DNA of 64,000 nt from Chthoniobacterales bacterium (GTDB taxonomy: Bacteria; Verrucomicrobiota; Verrucomicrobiia; Chthoniobacterales; UBA6821): contig JBIIGI010000002.1 of assembly GCA_044236545.1 (NCBI GenBank), positions 134 through 64,133 of the forward strand, given 5' to 3'. A program made the translations under genes and the position numbers. The notes beneath the pieces were generated by a model. It made no database searches and was not told where the DNA came from. It worked only from the letters and a program-made list of their open reading frames with translations. Each line of letters opens with the position of its first letter. The stretch's first letter is position 1. Below are positions 34,707 to 43,561 of the stretch, piece by piece.

Positions 34707-35455
34707 GAACAATTCACTTGCCTCGCATGTTGGTGAGACTTGTTCATCTTGGATGGGTCATTGTTTCAGGGATGACCTGCCTGCCTTGGTTTTTCATGAC
34801 GGCACGCGGGGGACGGGTGACCGCCCGGATTGCCTGGATGCAATGGATGAGTCGCCGTTTTTTGACACTGCTTCACTGCGATGTAAAAGTTGTTGGAAAA
34901 GTTCCCGAGTCAGGGCTCATCGCCTGCAATCATCTCGGTTATGTGGATATCTTGGTGATCGGTTCCGTCTGTCCTGCAGTTTTTGTAGCGAAGAGCGATG
35001 TGAAATCCTGGCCGATCTTCGGGTGGCTCGCCTCGCGAGCGGGGACGATTTTTGTGAGCCGTGATGATCGTGCTGAGGTCGCGCTCCAGTTAAAGGAGAT
35101 GGAGATACCCCTCAGGAAGCGACATCCCGTGGTCCTTTTCCCCGAAGGGACGAGTTCGGACGGATCCTCGGTGCTCCCGTTCCGCAGTTCCCTGTTCGAG
35201 TCGGTGATTGCCACGGGAAGTCCGATCACCCCCGCCGCCATCGGATATGACCTTAGGGGAGAAGGTTCGGTCGGCAACGAAATCGCTTACTGGGGCGATC
35301 TCGTCCTGCTTCCGCATTTGCTGAATCTCCTCTCCAAGAAATCCTTCGTGGCCAGACTTGTCTTCGGAACATCCAGAAAGCCGATGCCGGATCGCAAGCA
35401 GGAGGCGACACTCCTCCATGCGGAGGTCTCGGCACTTCATCAATCCATTCCATGA
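34703..35455 (+). CDS. OlsA/GlsA-like lysophospholipid (lyso-aminolipid) O-acyltransferase
   Basis: HX4D CNHLGYVDILV and FPEGTSSDGS. GTG 34703 overlaps the upstream stop (GTGA). Alternative ATG at 34727. Confidence 0.75.
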   Translation: MRTIHLPRMLVRLVHLGWVIVSGMTCLPWFFMTARGGRVTARIAWMQWMSRRFLTLLHCDVKVVGKVPESGLIACNHLGYVDILVIGSVCPAVFVAKSDVKSWPIFGWLASRAGTIFVSRDDRAEVALQLKEMEIPLRKRHPVVLFPEGTSSDGSSVLPFRSSLFESVIATGSPITPAAIGYDLRGEGSVGNEIAYWGDLVLLPHLLNLLSKKSFVARLVFGTSRKPMPDRKQEATLLHAEVSALHQSIP

Positions 35456-35790
35456 AACCCATTGTCTGCAATCTTTTCGCTCAGACTTCCTCTCTCAAGG
35501 GAGAGGAGGAAGTTCGCCCGCTGCTCATCGGACAATCCTTCAGACTTGAGTCGATCCATTCCTACGGCCAGCCAAGTCCCGAGGGATTCTGGTATGACCA
35601 ACCCGGTGACGAGTGGGTTCTGCTGGCCTGTGGCTCCGCGCGCCTTGAGTTTGAGGGGGAGCGAATCGACTTGAAACCGGGTGATCACCTCCTGATTCCT
35701 GCCCATTGCCGTCATCGTGTCGCTTCTGTCTCGGGGGATGCGGTCTGGCTGGCGCTTCATGCTGATGCCCGCCTACATTCGGAAGCATGA
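35452..35790 (+). CDS. Cupin-domain protein
   Basis: 112 aa. DEWVLLACGSARLEFEG...LKPGDHLLIPAHCRHRV is a cupin motif 1/2 pattern. ATGA overlaps on both sides. Confidence 0.7.
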   Translation: MKPIVCNLFAQTSSLKGEEEVRPLLIGQSFRLESIHSYGQPSPEGFWYDQPGDEWVLLACGSARLEFEGERIDLKPGDHLLIPAHCRHRVASVSGDAVWLALHADARLHSEA

Positions 35791-37217
35791 GCGAATCCAG
35801 CAACGAGCCGCCAGCGAGCGATCCCATTCCGCAACCGGATAAGGGGGGAATCGTTGTCCCGCTGTGGCGGCTGGGCTGGTATTTTTTCTTGATCGCCCTG
35901 ACAACCGTCCAGGGTGCTGCAGTCCACATGCGACGTCAGGTGGTGCATCGGCGGAAACTGATCTCGGAGAAGGAATTTATCGAGAGTTTTGCACTGGCGG
36001 AGTTTCTTCCTCAGCCGGACAGCACCTTCGGGCTAGCCGTGCATGTCGGTCATCGGGTAAGGGGAATCCCCGGAGCCATCGTTGTTGCGATTGCCATGAT
36101 CATCCCTTCGTTTCTTCTCGCCGTGCTTCTGGGAAGTGCCTTCATCCATTTTCACAGGGTCACGTGGGTTGTTGCGATTGCGGCCGGCGCCGGTGCGGCT
36201 GTGTGTGCCGTGATTGGCGCCACGTTGCTCGAAATCGGCAGGAAGGCCGTCATGGATTACCGGGATCTCTTGCTAATCTTTATCGTCTTCGTGCTGTTGC
36301 GTTACGGGATTCTCCATATCTCCGGCGTCTTGCTCTGGATAGCGCCCATTGCACTCTGGCTGCATCGCCCATCCCGTCACGAGAAGTTGCATGGCATGAT
36401 TGAGCCTCCTGGGCTTGTGCCCACGCTTGGCTTCCGACACTTCCTGCGTAAAAAATCCTATCAGATCCTCAACTCGGAGCGGTGGGGCATGATCGTGACT
36501 GCGCTTGTGGTCTTGGCGATGATGGGGGTTATTGCATCAGTAGAGAAAAGTGGCCCCGTCCTTTTGGGAAAAATCCATGGCACTATCTTTCATGATCATA
36601 AGCCGGACAAGGAACAGGCATGCCCCGCCATCCCGATCAAGTTGCCGGAATCCGGATCACCTTCGGCATTTCCGATAGCACCCATCTGCACCGATCTGGT
36701 CTCCACCTTCTCGGCTCTCTCCGTCTGTGCATTTGGCGGGGAGGAGACCATCCTGCCCTGCATGCAGCGGGCTAGTGTGAGTCATCACAACTGGATGGAT
36801 AAGATGGATTTCCTTAACTTCTTCTCACTCAGTTTCATCATTCCCGGTCCCAGCATGCTTGCTGCCTTCATCGGGCTAAAGGCCTGCATTCCCTTCGGTC
36901 AGCAATGGGCCCTTGTGGGCGCCTTGATCGCGATGCTGGCTCTCTTCGTTCCCAACATGGTGGTGATTTTGGCAGCCGCCCATTCCTGGGATTGGTTAAA
37001 GGCTTGGCGATGGCGTCCCTCGATTGGAAAGGCCCTCATCATCATCGCCTCGGGTGCCTTGGCGGCCGCCTTCATGTTCATCACCGAGTCGGCCGTTCAA
37101 TCCACTCCCTCGGCACTGATCGCCTTGAGTTGCGCGGTGCTACTCCTGATCACCGACCTCAATCCGGTCCTGATCATCCTCATCTCGGGAGGGGCGGGCT
37201 GGATGTTCCTTGGATGA
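35787..37217 (+). CDS. chrA: Chromate transporter (CHR family, two fused CHR domains)
   Basis: Polytopic. FLIALTTVQGAAVHMRRQVVHRRKLISEKEF and a second half with ILPCMQRASVSHHNWMDKMDFLNF match the duplicated CHR domain. Confidence 0.75.
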   Translation: MSESSNEPPASDPIPQPDKGGIVVPLWRLGWYFFLIALTTVQGAAVHMRRQVVHRRKLISEKEFIESFALAEFLPQPDSTFGLAVHVGHRVRGIPGAIVVAIAMIIPSFLLAVLLGSAFIHFHRVTWVVAIAAGAGAAVCAVIGATLLEIGRKAVMDYRDLLLIFIVFVLLRYGILHISGVLLWIAPIALWLHRPSRHEKLHGMIEPPGLVPTLGFRHFLRKKSYQILNSERWGMIVTALVVLAMMGVIASVEKSGPVLLGKIHGTIFHDHKPDKEQACPAIPIKLPESGSPSAFPIAPICTDLVSTFSALSVCAFGGEETILPCMQRASVSHHNWMDKMDFLNFFSLSFIIPGPSMLAAFIGLKACIPFGQQWALVGALIAMLALFVPNMVVILAAAHSWDWLKAWRWRPSIGKALIIIASGALAAAFMFITESAVQSTPSALIALSCAVLLLITDLNPVLIILISGGAGWMFLG

Positions 37218-37260
37218 GCACCGGTTGCTTGCGATCTCGAGCATCATGATTCCTCGGCAT

Positions 37261-37461
37261 ATGACCGCCAGAGCGCTTCTCTTCGTTTGGCTGCTTGCAT
37301 CTATCCTTCTCCCCGCCGCACGGGCGGATCAGTATTCGTGGCAACTTCCGCCGAACGCGTCGTTTCTGGAAGTCTTTCCGCAGTCGTCCGGAGATCGCCG
37401 TATTGTCTGGGGCGGGATCGGCTTGAGCGGCGCCTGTTCGGAGCGGGGCAGTCGGAGATGA
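37261..37461 (+). CDS. Possible small secreted protein (66 aa), unsupported beyond a signal peptide
   Basis: MTARALLFVWLLASILLPAARA|DQ looks like a Sec signal. No recognisable domain. It sits in the gap between convergent genes. Confidence 0.25.
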   Translation: MTARALLFVWLLASILLPAARADQYSWQLPPNASFLEVFPQSSGDRRIVWGGIGLSGACSERGSRR

Positions 37462-37462
37462 C

Positions 37463-38608
37463 CTACGGCTTGGGAACCCAGGACGGAGTGATCTGGATCG
37501 GCTGGGCCTTAGGATTGCGTGCCGAGACCAAGGCGACTGGCTTGACCGGCACGCGGGACTCATGCTCGTAGCTGATCGATCCGGTCACGCCGGGGAAATT
37601 ACGTGTGGAGTTGAGCACCGAGACAAGAGGCCTCTTTTCAGCATGGGCCTTATGAACCGCCGTGGCGAGTAGAAGTACGGTGTCGCGCCCCAGTCCTGAG
37701 AAGGCATTGGCAGGCATTCCGGTGGCCGCCGCATAGGCGGTCGAGAATGCGGCCGTCGTTGCAGGAGATGTCGCTCCCTGGGTATGGGCTGGGAAGGCGT
37801 GCGTGGTGTACCAGACATCATCTGCCAGAGGGCTATTGGCCCAGGCGTTGGGAGCATCGTAGCCGTCACCGCCGACGATCGGCCCCTTGAATCCAGCATC
37901 GCGAAGTGCCTTGATGATAGGCTTTGCCTCAAGGGCCGTCTCGGAAGCGAGATAAACGGCGTCGGCATTCAGGAGGTAAGCGGGGATCTTTGGTTCTGTC
38001 CCTCCGACAAAAGGCATTGTGCCGATGATCTTCCCCCCGTGATGACGGAATGCCTCGAAGAAGTAGATGTGGAGGAGTTTGGTGTAGGTCTTGGAGTTGT
38101 CGTAGAGGAGGGCGACCTTCTTGGCTCCACGGGTTTTCGCAAGCCACTCGGCCGCCACCGCAGCTTGGGCATTGTCACCGAAGCAGGCGAGGAAGACACG
38201 GGGGCCGGACTGTGCCGGGAGGCGGGGGGAGGTCGCTCCCGAGGTCACAAAGACTTTTTCAGCAGAGCAAGCCGCATGCCCCGCAGCTTTTGCCAAGTCT
38301 GTATCGCTGAGTCCGAAGAAGGCGTCGATGGATGGATCCTTGGCCACAGCATTGCGGATATTCTTCCCGGCAACGTAGGCAGAGGACGGAGTGGGGAGGA
38401 CGACCAGGGAAACCTTTTCCCCACTGATGCCGCCGGCGGCATTGATTTGGCGGACGGCGGTCTTTGCACCCTCCAGCGATGGAATTCCTAGGGGAGCGAG
38501 GTCACCGGAGGTGCTGTAGACGGCTCCGAGCCGGATCTCGGCGTGTAGTGCAGGAAGACAGAGTGCCGATGCGAGGATCAAGGAAAGGGTGAGGGGTGAA
38601 GCTTTCAT
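37463..38608 (-). CDS. ABC transporter substrate-binding protein (LivK/branched-chain amino-acid type, Peripla_BP_6)
   Basis: Internal ATG 38608 gives the signal peptide MKASPLTLSLILASALCLPALHA. IRLGAVYSTSGDLAPLGIPSLEGAKTAVRQINAAGGI is typical of the LivJ/K family. Confidence 0.85.
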   Translation of the reverse strand: MKASPLTLSLILASALCLPALHAEIRLGAVYSTSGDLAPLGIPSLEGAKTAVRQINAAGGISGEKVSLVVLPTPSSAYVAGKNIRNAVAKDPSIDAFFGLSDTDLAKAAGHAACSAEKVFVTSGATSPRLPAQSGPRVFLACFGDNAQAAVAAEWLAKTRGAKKVALLYDNSKTYTKLLHIYFFEAFRHHGGKIIGTMPFVGGTEPKIPAYLLNADAVYLASETALEAKPIIKALRDAGFKGPIVGGDGYDAPNAWANSPLADDVWYTTHAFPAHTQGATSPATTAAFSTAYAAATGMPANAFSGLGRDTVLLLATAVHKAHAEKRPLVSVLNSTRNFPGVTGSISYEHESRVPVKPVALVSARNPKAQPIQITPSWVPKP

Positions 38609-38764
38609 GGGGCGTTTTTGTAATCCCCTGCTAAGGGGGGTGCAATACGGAAGAGAGGTCCGGATCCGGTTGATTTGGCTCGCCTGAGAGATCAAACCTC
38701 GGATGATTTCACGGTGAACAACTTTCCGGTCATCGAACACCTCTGTCATGCTCCAACTGAGGTC

Positions 38765-39550
38765 ATGCTTCTGGTGCTGATTCTTGGCTTCGCTGGCTTT
38801 GTTGCTGGAGTGGCTGGATTTGGATTTTCTTTATTTGGAGTGGGTGTCCTTTGGATTCTGCCTCCGCGTGAGGGGATACCGTTGCTGATGTTGCTTTCGG
38901 CATGCAGTCAGATTTTCTCGATCGCACAACTTCGTGCCTCGATGCCCCCCCTGCGTACTTGGTGGCCGCAGGGGCCGGCTCCTTGTGTGATCGGAGGATG
39001 GGTCGGGCTACCAGTCGGCCTCTGGTTGCTCTCGCATCTTGATGCGAAGATTCTCTGTCTGGTCATCGGCCTGATTCTTGTGGCCTATTCTCTCTGGATG
39101 GCCCTTAAGCCTGCGAACATGCGTCCACTAAGACGCACGCTTCCCGGAGCTCTTGGTGTGGGTCTGCTTGGGGGAGTGGTGGGGGGATTCTGCGCCGCAC
39201 CAGGCACCGTGATGGTTATTTGGGCGAACCTACTGGGATTGAACAAGGAGGCGCAGCGCGCCACTGTGCAGCCCTACATCCTTGCGATGCAGTTGCTGTC
39301 CCTTCTCCTTTTCGTGATCCGGGGAGGAGTTTTCAGTGGGTGCTTGGGAATCCTCTGGTTTTCTTCATTCGTTGTGATCCTAATCACCACGAGACTCGGC
39401 GTGTTGATATTCCGTAAATTATCCAATCGGACCTACAACATTCTAGTAGTGATCATGCTGGCCCTTTCGGGGGGCGGCCTCCTTATCAAGGAGTGGCATT
39501 TCTTGGGTGGCGTATTGGCCAAGGTCGATCACTTCGTCTTTTCACTCTAA
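38765..39550 (+). CDS. TauE/SafE (DUF81) family anion exporter
   Basis: Seven to eight TM helices. GFAGFVAGVAGFGFSLF and LGVGLLGGVVGGF are the glycine-rich repeats of the TauE family. Confidence 0.75.
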   Translation: MLLVLILGFAGFVAGVAGFGFSLFGVGVLWILPPREGIPLLMLLSACSQIFSIAQLRASMPPLRTWWPQGPAPCVIGGWVGLPVGLWLLSHLDAKILCLVIGLILVAYSLWMALKPANMRPLRRTLPGALGVGLLGGVVGGFCAAPGTVMVIWANLLGLNKEAQRATVQPYILAMQLLSLLLFVIRGGVFSGCLGILWFSSFVVILITTRLGVLIFRKLSNRTYNILVVIMLALSGGGLLIKEWHFLGGVLAKVDHFVFSL

Positions 39551-39616
39551 AGAAGGGAGGCAATTAATACCCTTCATGTTTTGCCATACCACGTGTTCGT
39601 GACTATTGGATGTTGA

Positions 39617-40618
39617 GTGAGGGCGCGTTCCATCATCTCCAAAGTTCCTCCGAAGGCATGGATCTGGATCTCCATCCTGATTGCCGCGGCTTCCAACTCC
39701 GTGGTGGTCAAGATCCAGCAACTCGGTGCCTGCCATCCGACCATGCATGGCGTCAACCCGATCAGTTACTGCAACCTGCTCTTCGCGGGAAGTGTTGTGG
39801 CTTTCACGACACTGCTCATCTTGCGTCCCAAGCAGATCAGGCCGGTTGAGTTAAGGCAGTTCTCACGACGTGAGTGGATTGTAACAATTATTGCAGCATC
39901 ACTGGCCGGTGGGGTAGCTCCAATCCTTCTCTTTGAGGCACTTTCCGAATCGAGTGTGACCGGGGTGGTACTGGTTCAGACAATCGAGATTCCCCTGGTG
40001 CTTTTGCTGGCATGGATTCTCTACGGGGAGCGCTCCGGGTGGGTGGCGATTCTGGGAGGAATCGTCGCCTTCGGAGGTGTCTTTCTGACGGCATGGTATG
40101 GCAACCGGGGCATGTTGGCTTTTGGCCGCGGGGAGGTGATGGCGATTCTTGGAACGGTCGCCGCCGTGCTTTCCACTCAACTGAGTCGAAGGGTGATGGA
40201 GCGGATGTCGCCGGTGCTCTTCGGTATCGTCAGGAACTTCCTGGGGATCTTCCTCTTTGCCGCGATCGTCCTTTGGTACTTCGGGCCGGGGCATTTTACT
40301 GACATCTTCTCGCCCTATCTCTGGGCCTGGACGCTGGTGTACGGCTCACTCATCGTCGTTGCAGGGCAGTTGTCTTGGTTCCGAGGAATCAGTTCTGTCT
40401 CCGCCGCCGAGATTGCCCTTGCCGCTGCATTCACGCCGGTTGCAGGTGTGTTTTTCGCATGGCTTCTCCTCGGGGAACATCTTTCAACGGGTCAGTGGAT
40501 TGGCGGTCTTGTGATCATGGCAGGAGTGATCCTTCATCTGGTTGGGGAGAGACTCCATGGGCTTCCGGAGGTGCCGATGGAAGAGAATGTCTCGGGATCC
40601 ATCTTTCGCGGGGTCTGA
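39617..40618 (+). CDS. EamA/DMT-superfamily transporter
   Basis: Ten predicted TM helices in two EamA-like halves. The exact start is uncertain. Confidence 0.7.
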   Translation: MRARSIISKVPPKAWIWISILIAAASNSVVVKIQQLGACHPTMHGVNPISYCNLLFAGSVVAFTTLLILRPKQIRPVELRQFSRREWIVTIIAASLAGGVAPILLFEALSESSVTGVVLVQTIEIPLVLLLAWILYGERSGWVAILGGIVAFGGVFLTAWYGNRGMLAFGRGEVMAILGTVAAVLSTQLSRRVMERMSPVLFGIVRNFLGIFLFAAIVLWYFGPGHFTDIFSPYLWAWTLVYGSLIVVAGQLSWFRGISSVSAAEIALAAAFTPVAGVFFAWLLLGEHLSTGQWIGGLVIMAGVILHLVGERLHGLPEVPMEENVSGSIFRGV

Positions 40619-40756
40619 TCTTCTTGATCCGGGGCGGAGTATTGAAAGAATCTCTGGGGCTTTTGGAATGAACTGTTTGAAAGGTTTAACCCGGATTATG
40701 CAATAGGGTGACGGCAACAGGTCTGGATGGTTCACCCGGATGGTAAGTCTTATGAT

Positions 40757-41011
40757 GGTTAAAACCGTTGAAGGGTTGAAACGTTAAAACGTACTGACAT
40801 CAGACACTCATTCCACCCTCCGAGGCGATCCATGATCAGCAAACTTCTTGATGGCACCATCTCGAACTCAGGTTCAGTGGTTTCCGCTTCCACCTTGTAT
40901 CATTGACGCCACATCCTCCCGGATGCCGTGGCGCCCGTTCAGGGCTACCTTCGGTAGTCTTCCGCGGCTCTTCCCAGAGCCTTGGTTGTAACGTTTCTAA
41001 CCGTTTTAACT
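40757..41011. repeat. Imperfect ~30-nt inverted repeats built from GTTNAA hexamers, bracketing a ~190-bp core in a low-GC intergenic gap
   Basis: Left arm 40757-40791 is GGTTAAAACCGTTGAAGGGTTGAAACGTTAAAACG. The reverse complement of the right arm (40983-41011) is GAGTTAAAACGGTTAGAAACGTTACAACC. They share GTTAAAAC.GTT...GAAACGTTA.AAC. Confidence 0.5.
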
Positions 41012-41111
41012 CTCCTTTCCCGAATCTTCCGGTTCCTAATGCAAAATTTGGGTTCGATCACTTCGTTTTCTAGCTCTGACCTAGACCAGGAATCATGGTA
41101 AGATCCTTGCC

Positions 41112-41903
41112 ATGACCACACTCCTCTCTCCCACCGAGCAGCATCTTGCCGACGCACTCAGGCCCTCGTTGGAGGCCGTGGAAGCCCATCCGGTGTTTGG
41201 TGCCGTTCAGACGGAAGCCCAGCTCCGGACCTTCATGGAGCACCATGTCTTTCCGGTCTGGGACTTCATGTCCCTGCTGAAGTTCCTGCAGGCCGAACTG
41301 GCGCCGGCCACCTGGCCCTGGATGCCGCGCCCCCATGGTGATCTCGTGCGCCTGGTCAATGACATCGTGACCGGCGAGGAGTCTGACAAGCTACCGAAAT
41401 CACACCGGTCGGAGAGCACCCACGCCAGTCACTTCGACCTCTACCTCATGGCGATGCGAGAGGTCGGGGCCGACACGGCGCCGATCACCGGGTTCCTCGA
41501 GGTCGTCCGATCACGGGGCATTGATGCCGCACTTGATGCGCCGATGGTGCCCGAGCCCTCACGGGCCTTCATGAGGGATACTTTTTCCCTGCTACGCGAA
41601 GGGAAAGCCCACTGCGTCGCAGCCTCGTTCTCCTTCGGTCGCGAGAATGTCATCCCGGGGATGTTCAACTCCCTGCTGGCAAAACTCGGCATCGGTGAGG
41701 ACCGAGCGCCGATCTTCCACTACTATTTGAAGCGCCATGCCGAGCTCGACGGCGACGAGCATGGGCCCGCCGCACTCCGTCTGGTGGCCACGCTATGCGG
41801 CGATGATCCGGCAAGGCTCGCGGAGGCCGTCGAAGCTGCAAATGCCGCCCTTGCGAGCCGTGCGCGTCTCTGGAACAGCGTGCTGGCAACGCTGGAGGCC
41901 TGA
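41112..41903 (+). CDS. DUF3050-family (heme-oxygenase-like fold, MgoB-like) protein
   Basis: FMEHHVFPVWDFMSLLKFLQ...HFDLYLMAM...YYLKRHAELDGDEHGP recalled as the DUF3050 pattern. Confidence 0.6.
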   Translation: MTTLLSPTEQHLADALRPSLEAVEAHPVFGAVQTEAQLRTFMEHHVFPVWDFMSLLKFLQAELAPATWPWMPRPHGDLVRLVNDIVTGEESDKLPKSHRSESTHASHFDLYLMAMREVGADTAPITGFLEVVRSRGIDAALDAPMVPEPSRAFMRDTFSLLREGKAHCVAASFSFGRENVIPGMFNSLLAKLGIGEDRAPIFHYYLKRHAELDGDEHGPAALRLVATLCGDDPARLAEAVEAANAALASRARLWNSVLATLEA

Positions 41904-41913
41904 TCCCGTCGTC

Positions 41914-42087
41914 ATGCGCCGCGAGGGAAAAGCGGTCCGCAAGTCCGATCTTCCGGAGAAGATCTACCTGCACTGCAAACGGCCCTTTGCATGGCGCAAG
42001 AAATGGGAGCGCGACTGGGAGTCGATCACCTGCTGCAGCGAAGCCTGCAAGACTGCGTTGAAGCGAAGCCGTCGCGAGCAATCATGA
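41914..42087 (+). CDS. DUF2256 small zinc-ribbon protein
   Basis: 57 aa: KSDLPEKIYLHCKRPFAWRKKWERDWESITCCSEACK matches the DUF2256 consensus (KxCxxCxRPFxWRKKW...CSxxC). Confidence 0.7.
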   Translation: MRREGKAVRKSDLPEKIYLHCKRPFAWRKKWERDWESITCCSEACKTALKRSRREQS

Positions 42088-43508
42088 GCACTCGGGAGCG
42101 GGTTCATCTGGTCTGGCTGAAGAGGGATCTGCGCACCCACGATCATGCTCCGCTGGCCGAGGCTTCACGGCGGTGTGCCGCAGGGGAAAAAGCCATCGCC
42201 CTCTATGTCCGCGAGACGGACTACTGGGCCACCGACAAGGCCTCGCCGGATCAATGGGGATTTGTGGTGGAATGCCTTCGGGACCTTGCGACGAACCTGG
42301 AAAAAATCAACTGCCCGTTGCTGATCGCGGAGGCGCCCTCCGCGGAGATCGTGTTGGAATCCCTCTTTGATCACTACGGGGTAGCGGAACTCCTCTGCCA
42401 TCAGGAGACCGGCAACGGCTGGACCTTTGAGCGGGATAAGCGTGTGCTTAGGCTTTGCAGGGAACGAGGCATCCCGGTGCGGGAATTTCTTCAGAACGCC
42501 GTGGTCCGTGGCCTTCACAGGCTGCCGGAGAAGCCGGAACACCAGTCGTTCTGGAGAGAGTGGATTTCAGAAGTGCAGGCAACGACTCCTCGGTTCTGGA
42601 GCGCCCCTTCCACCCTGCCGCCGCAGTTCACCGCCCCTGATCTCTCGACACCGGTAACCATCACGCGTCAATGCGGCGGCGAGGGGTTGGCTCTCGGGCT
42701 GCTTGAGAGTTTCCTGAACGAGCGTTGTCTCCTGCACGCCGGATACCGCGTGGAAATGGGAAGCCCTCTCCATGCCCATGAGTCGTGCTCCCGACTCTCC
42801 CCACATCTCACCTGGGGGAGTCTCTCGACAAAACGGGCCGCCCAGGCGGCCATGGCCCGTGAGCCCCGTCCTGCCCACGGAAGCATGATGCACCGCAACA
42901 GCTTCCACCGACGGCTTCGTTGGCGGGATCATTTTCTGCAGAAATTCGAGTCGCTTCCCTGGATGGAATTCCGCTGCATCAATCCTGCCAGGGAGACCCT
43001 GCACGGATGGGATCAGACTGCTTACGATCGCTGGTCCTCGGGCATGACCGGCTACCCCTTCGTCGATGCCTGCATGCGCTCGCTCAATGAGACAAAATGG
43101 ATCAACTTCCGCGCGCGGGCCATGCTCGTCTCCTTTGCATCCTACGCACTGAACCTCGACTGGCGTCGCTTCGCCCCGCATCTGGCCCGCACCTTCCTCG
43201 ATTACGAACCGGGCATCCATTACAGCCAGCTCCAGATGCAGTCGGGCACCACTTACGGCTCCCCTCCACGGATCTACAATCCGATCAAGCAGTCGCTCGA
43301 GAAGGATCCCTCCGGGGAATTTATCCGCAGGTGGGTTCCTGAACTCCGCAACCTTTCCGGAGACGCGATCCATCTGCCGGCTGAGAAAAGCCGCCACGGC
43401 TATCCCGCCGCCATCGTCCCGCCCGGATCACTCTGGCGGATCATGCGATCGAACGGGCCGAAGAGCGTCGTGAAACCGGCCGAGCCGCAGATGGAGCTCG
43501 GCCTTTGA
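42084..43508 (+). CDS. Cryptochrome/photolyase-family FAD protein
   Basis: VHLVWLKRDLRTHDHAPL N-terminal alpha/beta domain. C-terminal FAD domain GYPFVDACMRSLNETKWINFRARAMLVSFA and DYEPGIHYSQLQMQSG. ATGA overlap with the DUF2256 gene. Confidence 0.85.
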   Translation: MSTRERVHLVWLKRDLRTHDHAPLAEASRRCAAGEKAIALYVRETDYWATDKASPDQWGFVVECLRDLATNLEKINCPLLIAEAPSAEIVLESLFDHYGVAELLCHQETGNGWTFERDKRVLRLCRERGIPVREFLQNAVVRGLHRLPEKPEHQSFWREWISEVQATTPRFWSAPSTLPPQFTAPDLSTPVTITRQCGGEGLALGLLESFLNERCLLHAGYRVEMGSPLHAHESCSRLSPHLTWGSLSTKRAAQAAMAREPRPAHGSMMHRNSFHRRLRWRDHFLQKFESLPWMEFRCINPARETLHGWDQTAYDRWSSGMTGYPFVDACMRSLNETKWINFRARAMLVSFASYALNLDWRRFAPHLARTFLDYEPGIHYSQLQMQSGTTYGSPPRIYNPIKQSLEKDPSGEFIRRWVPELRNLSGDAIHLPAEKSRHGYPAAIVPPGSLWRIMRSNGPKSVVKPAEPQMELGL

Positions 43509-43561
43509 TGGCTTACTGATCCAGGCAGGCCAAGGCTTGACGTTCCCGCTACTCTCAAAAC

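Noticed and set aside
40700-40760. SRP-RNA-like string CAGGTCTGGATGG / CCCGGATGGTAAG
   Set aside because: It only loosely resembles the helix-8 CAGGUCCGGAAGGAAGCAG core. There is no GNRA tetraloop or complementary strand, so it cannot fold into the conserved domain IV.
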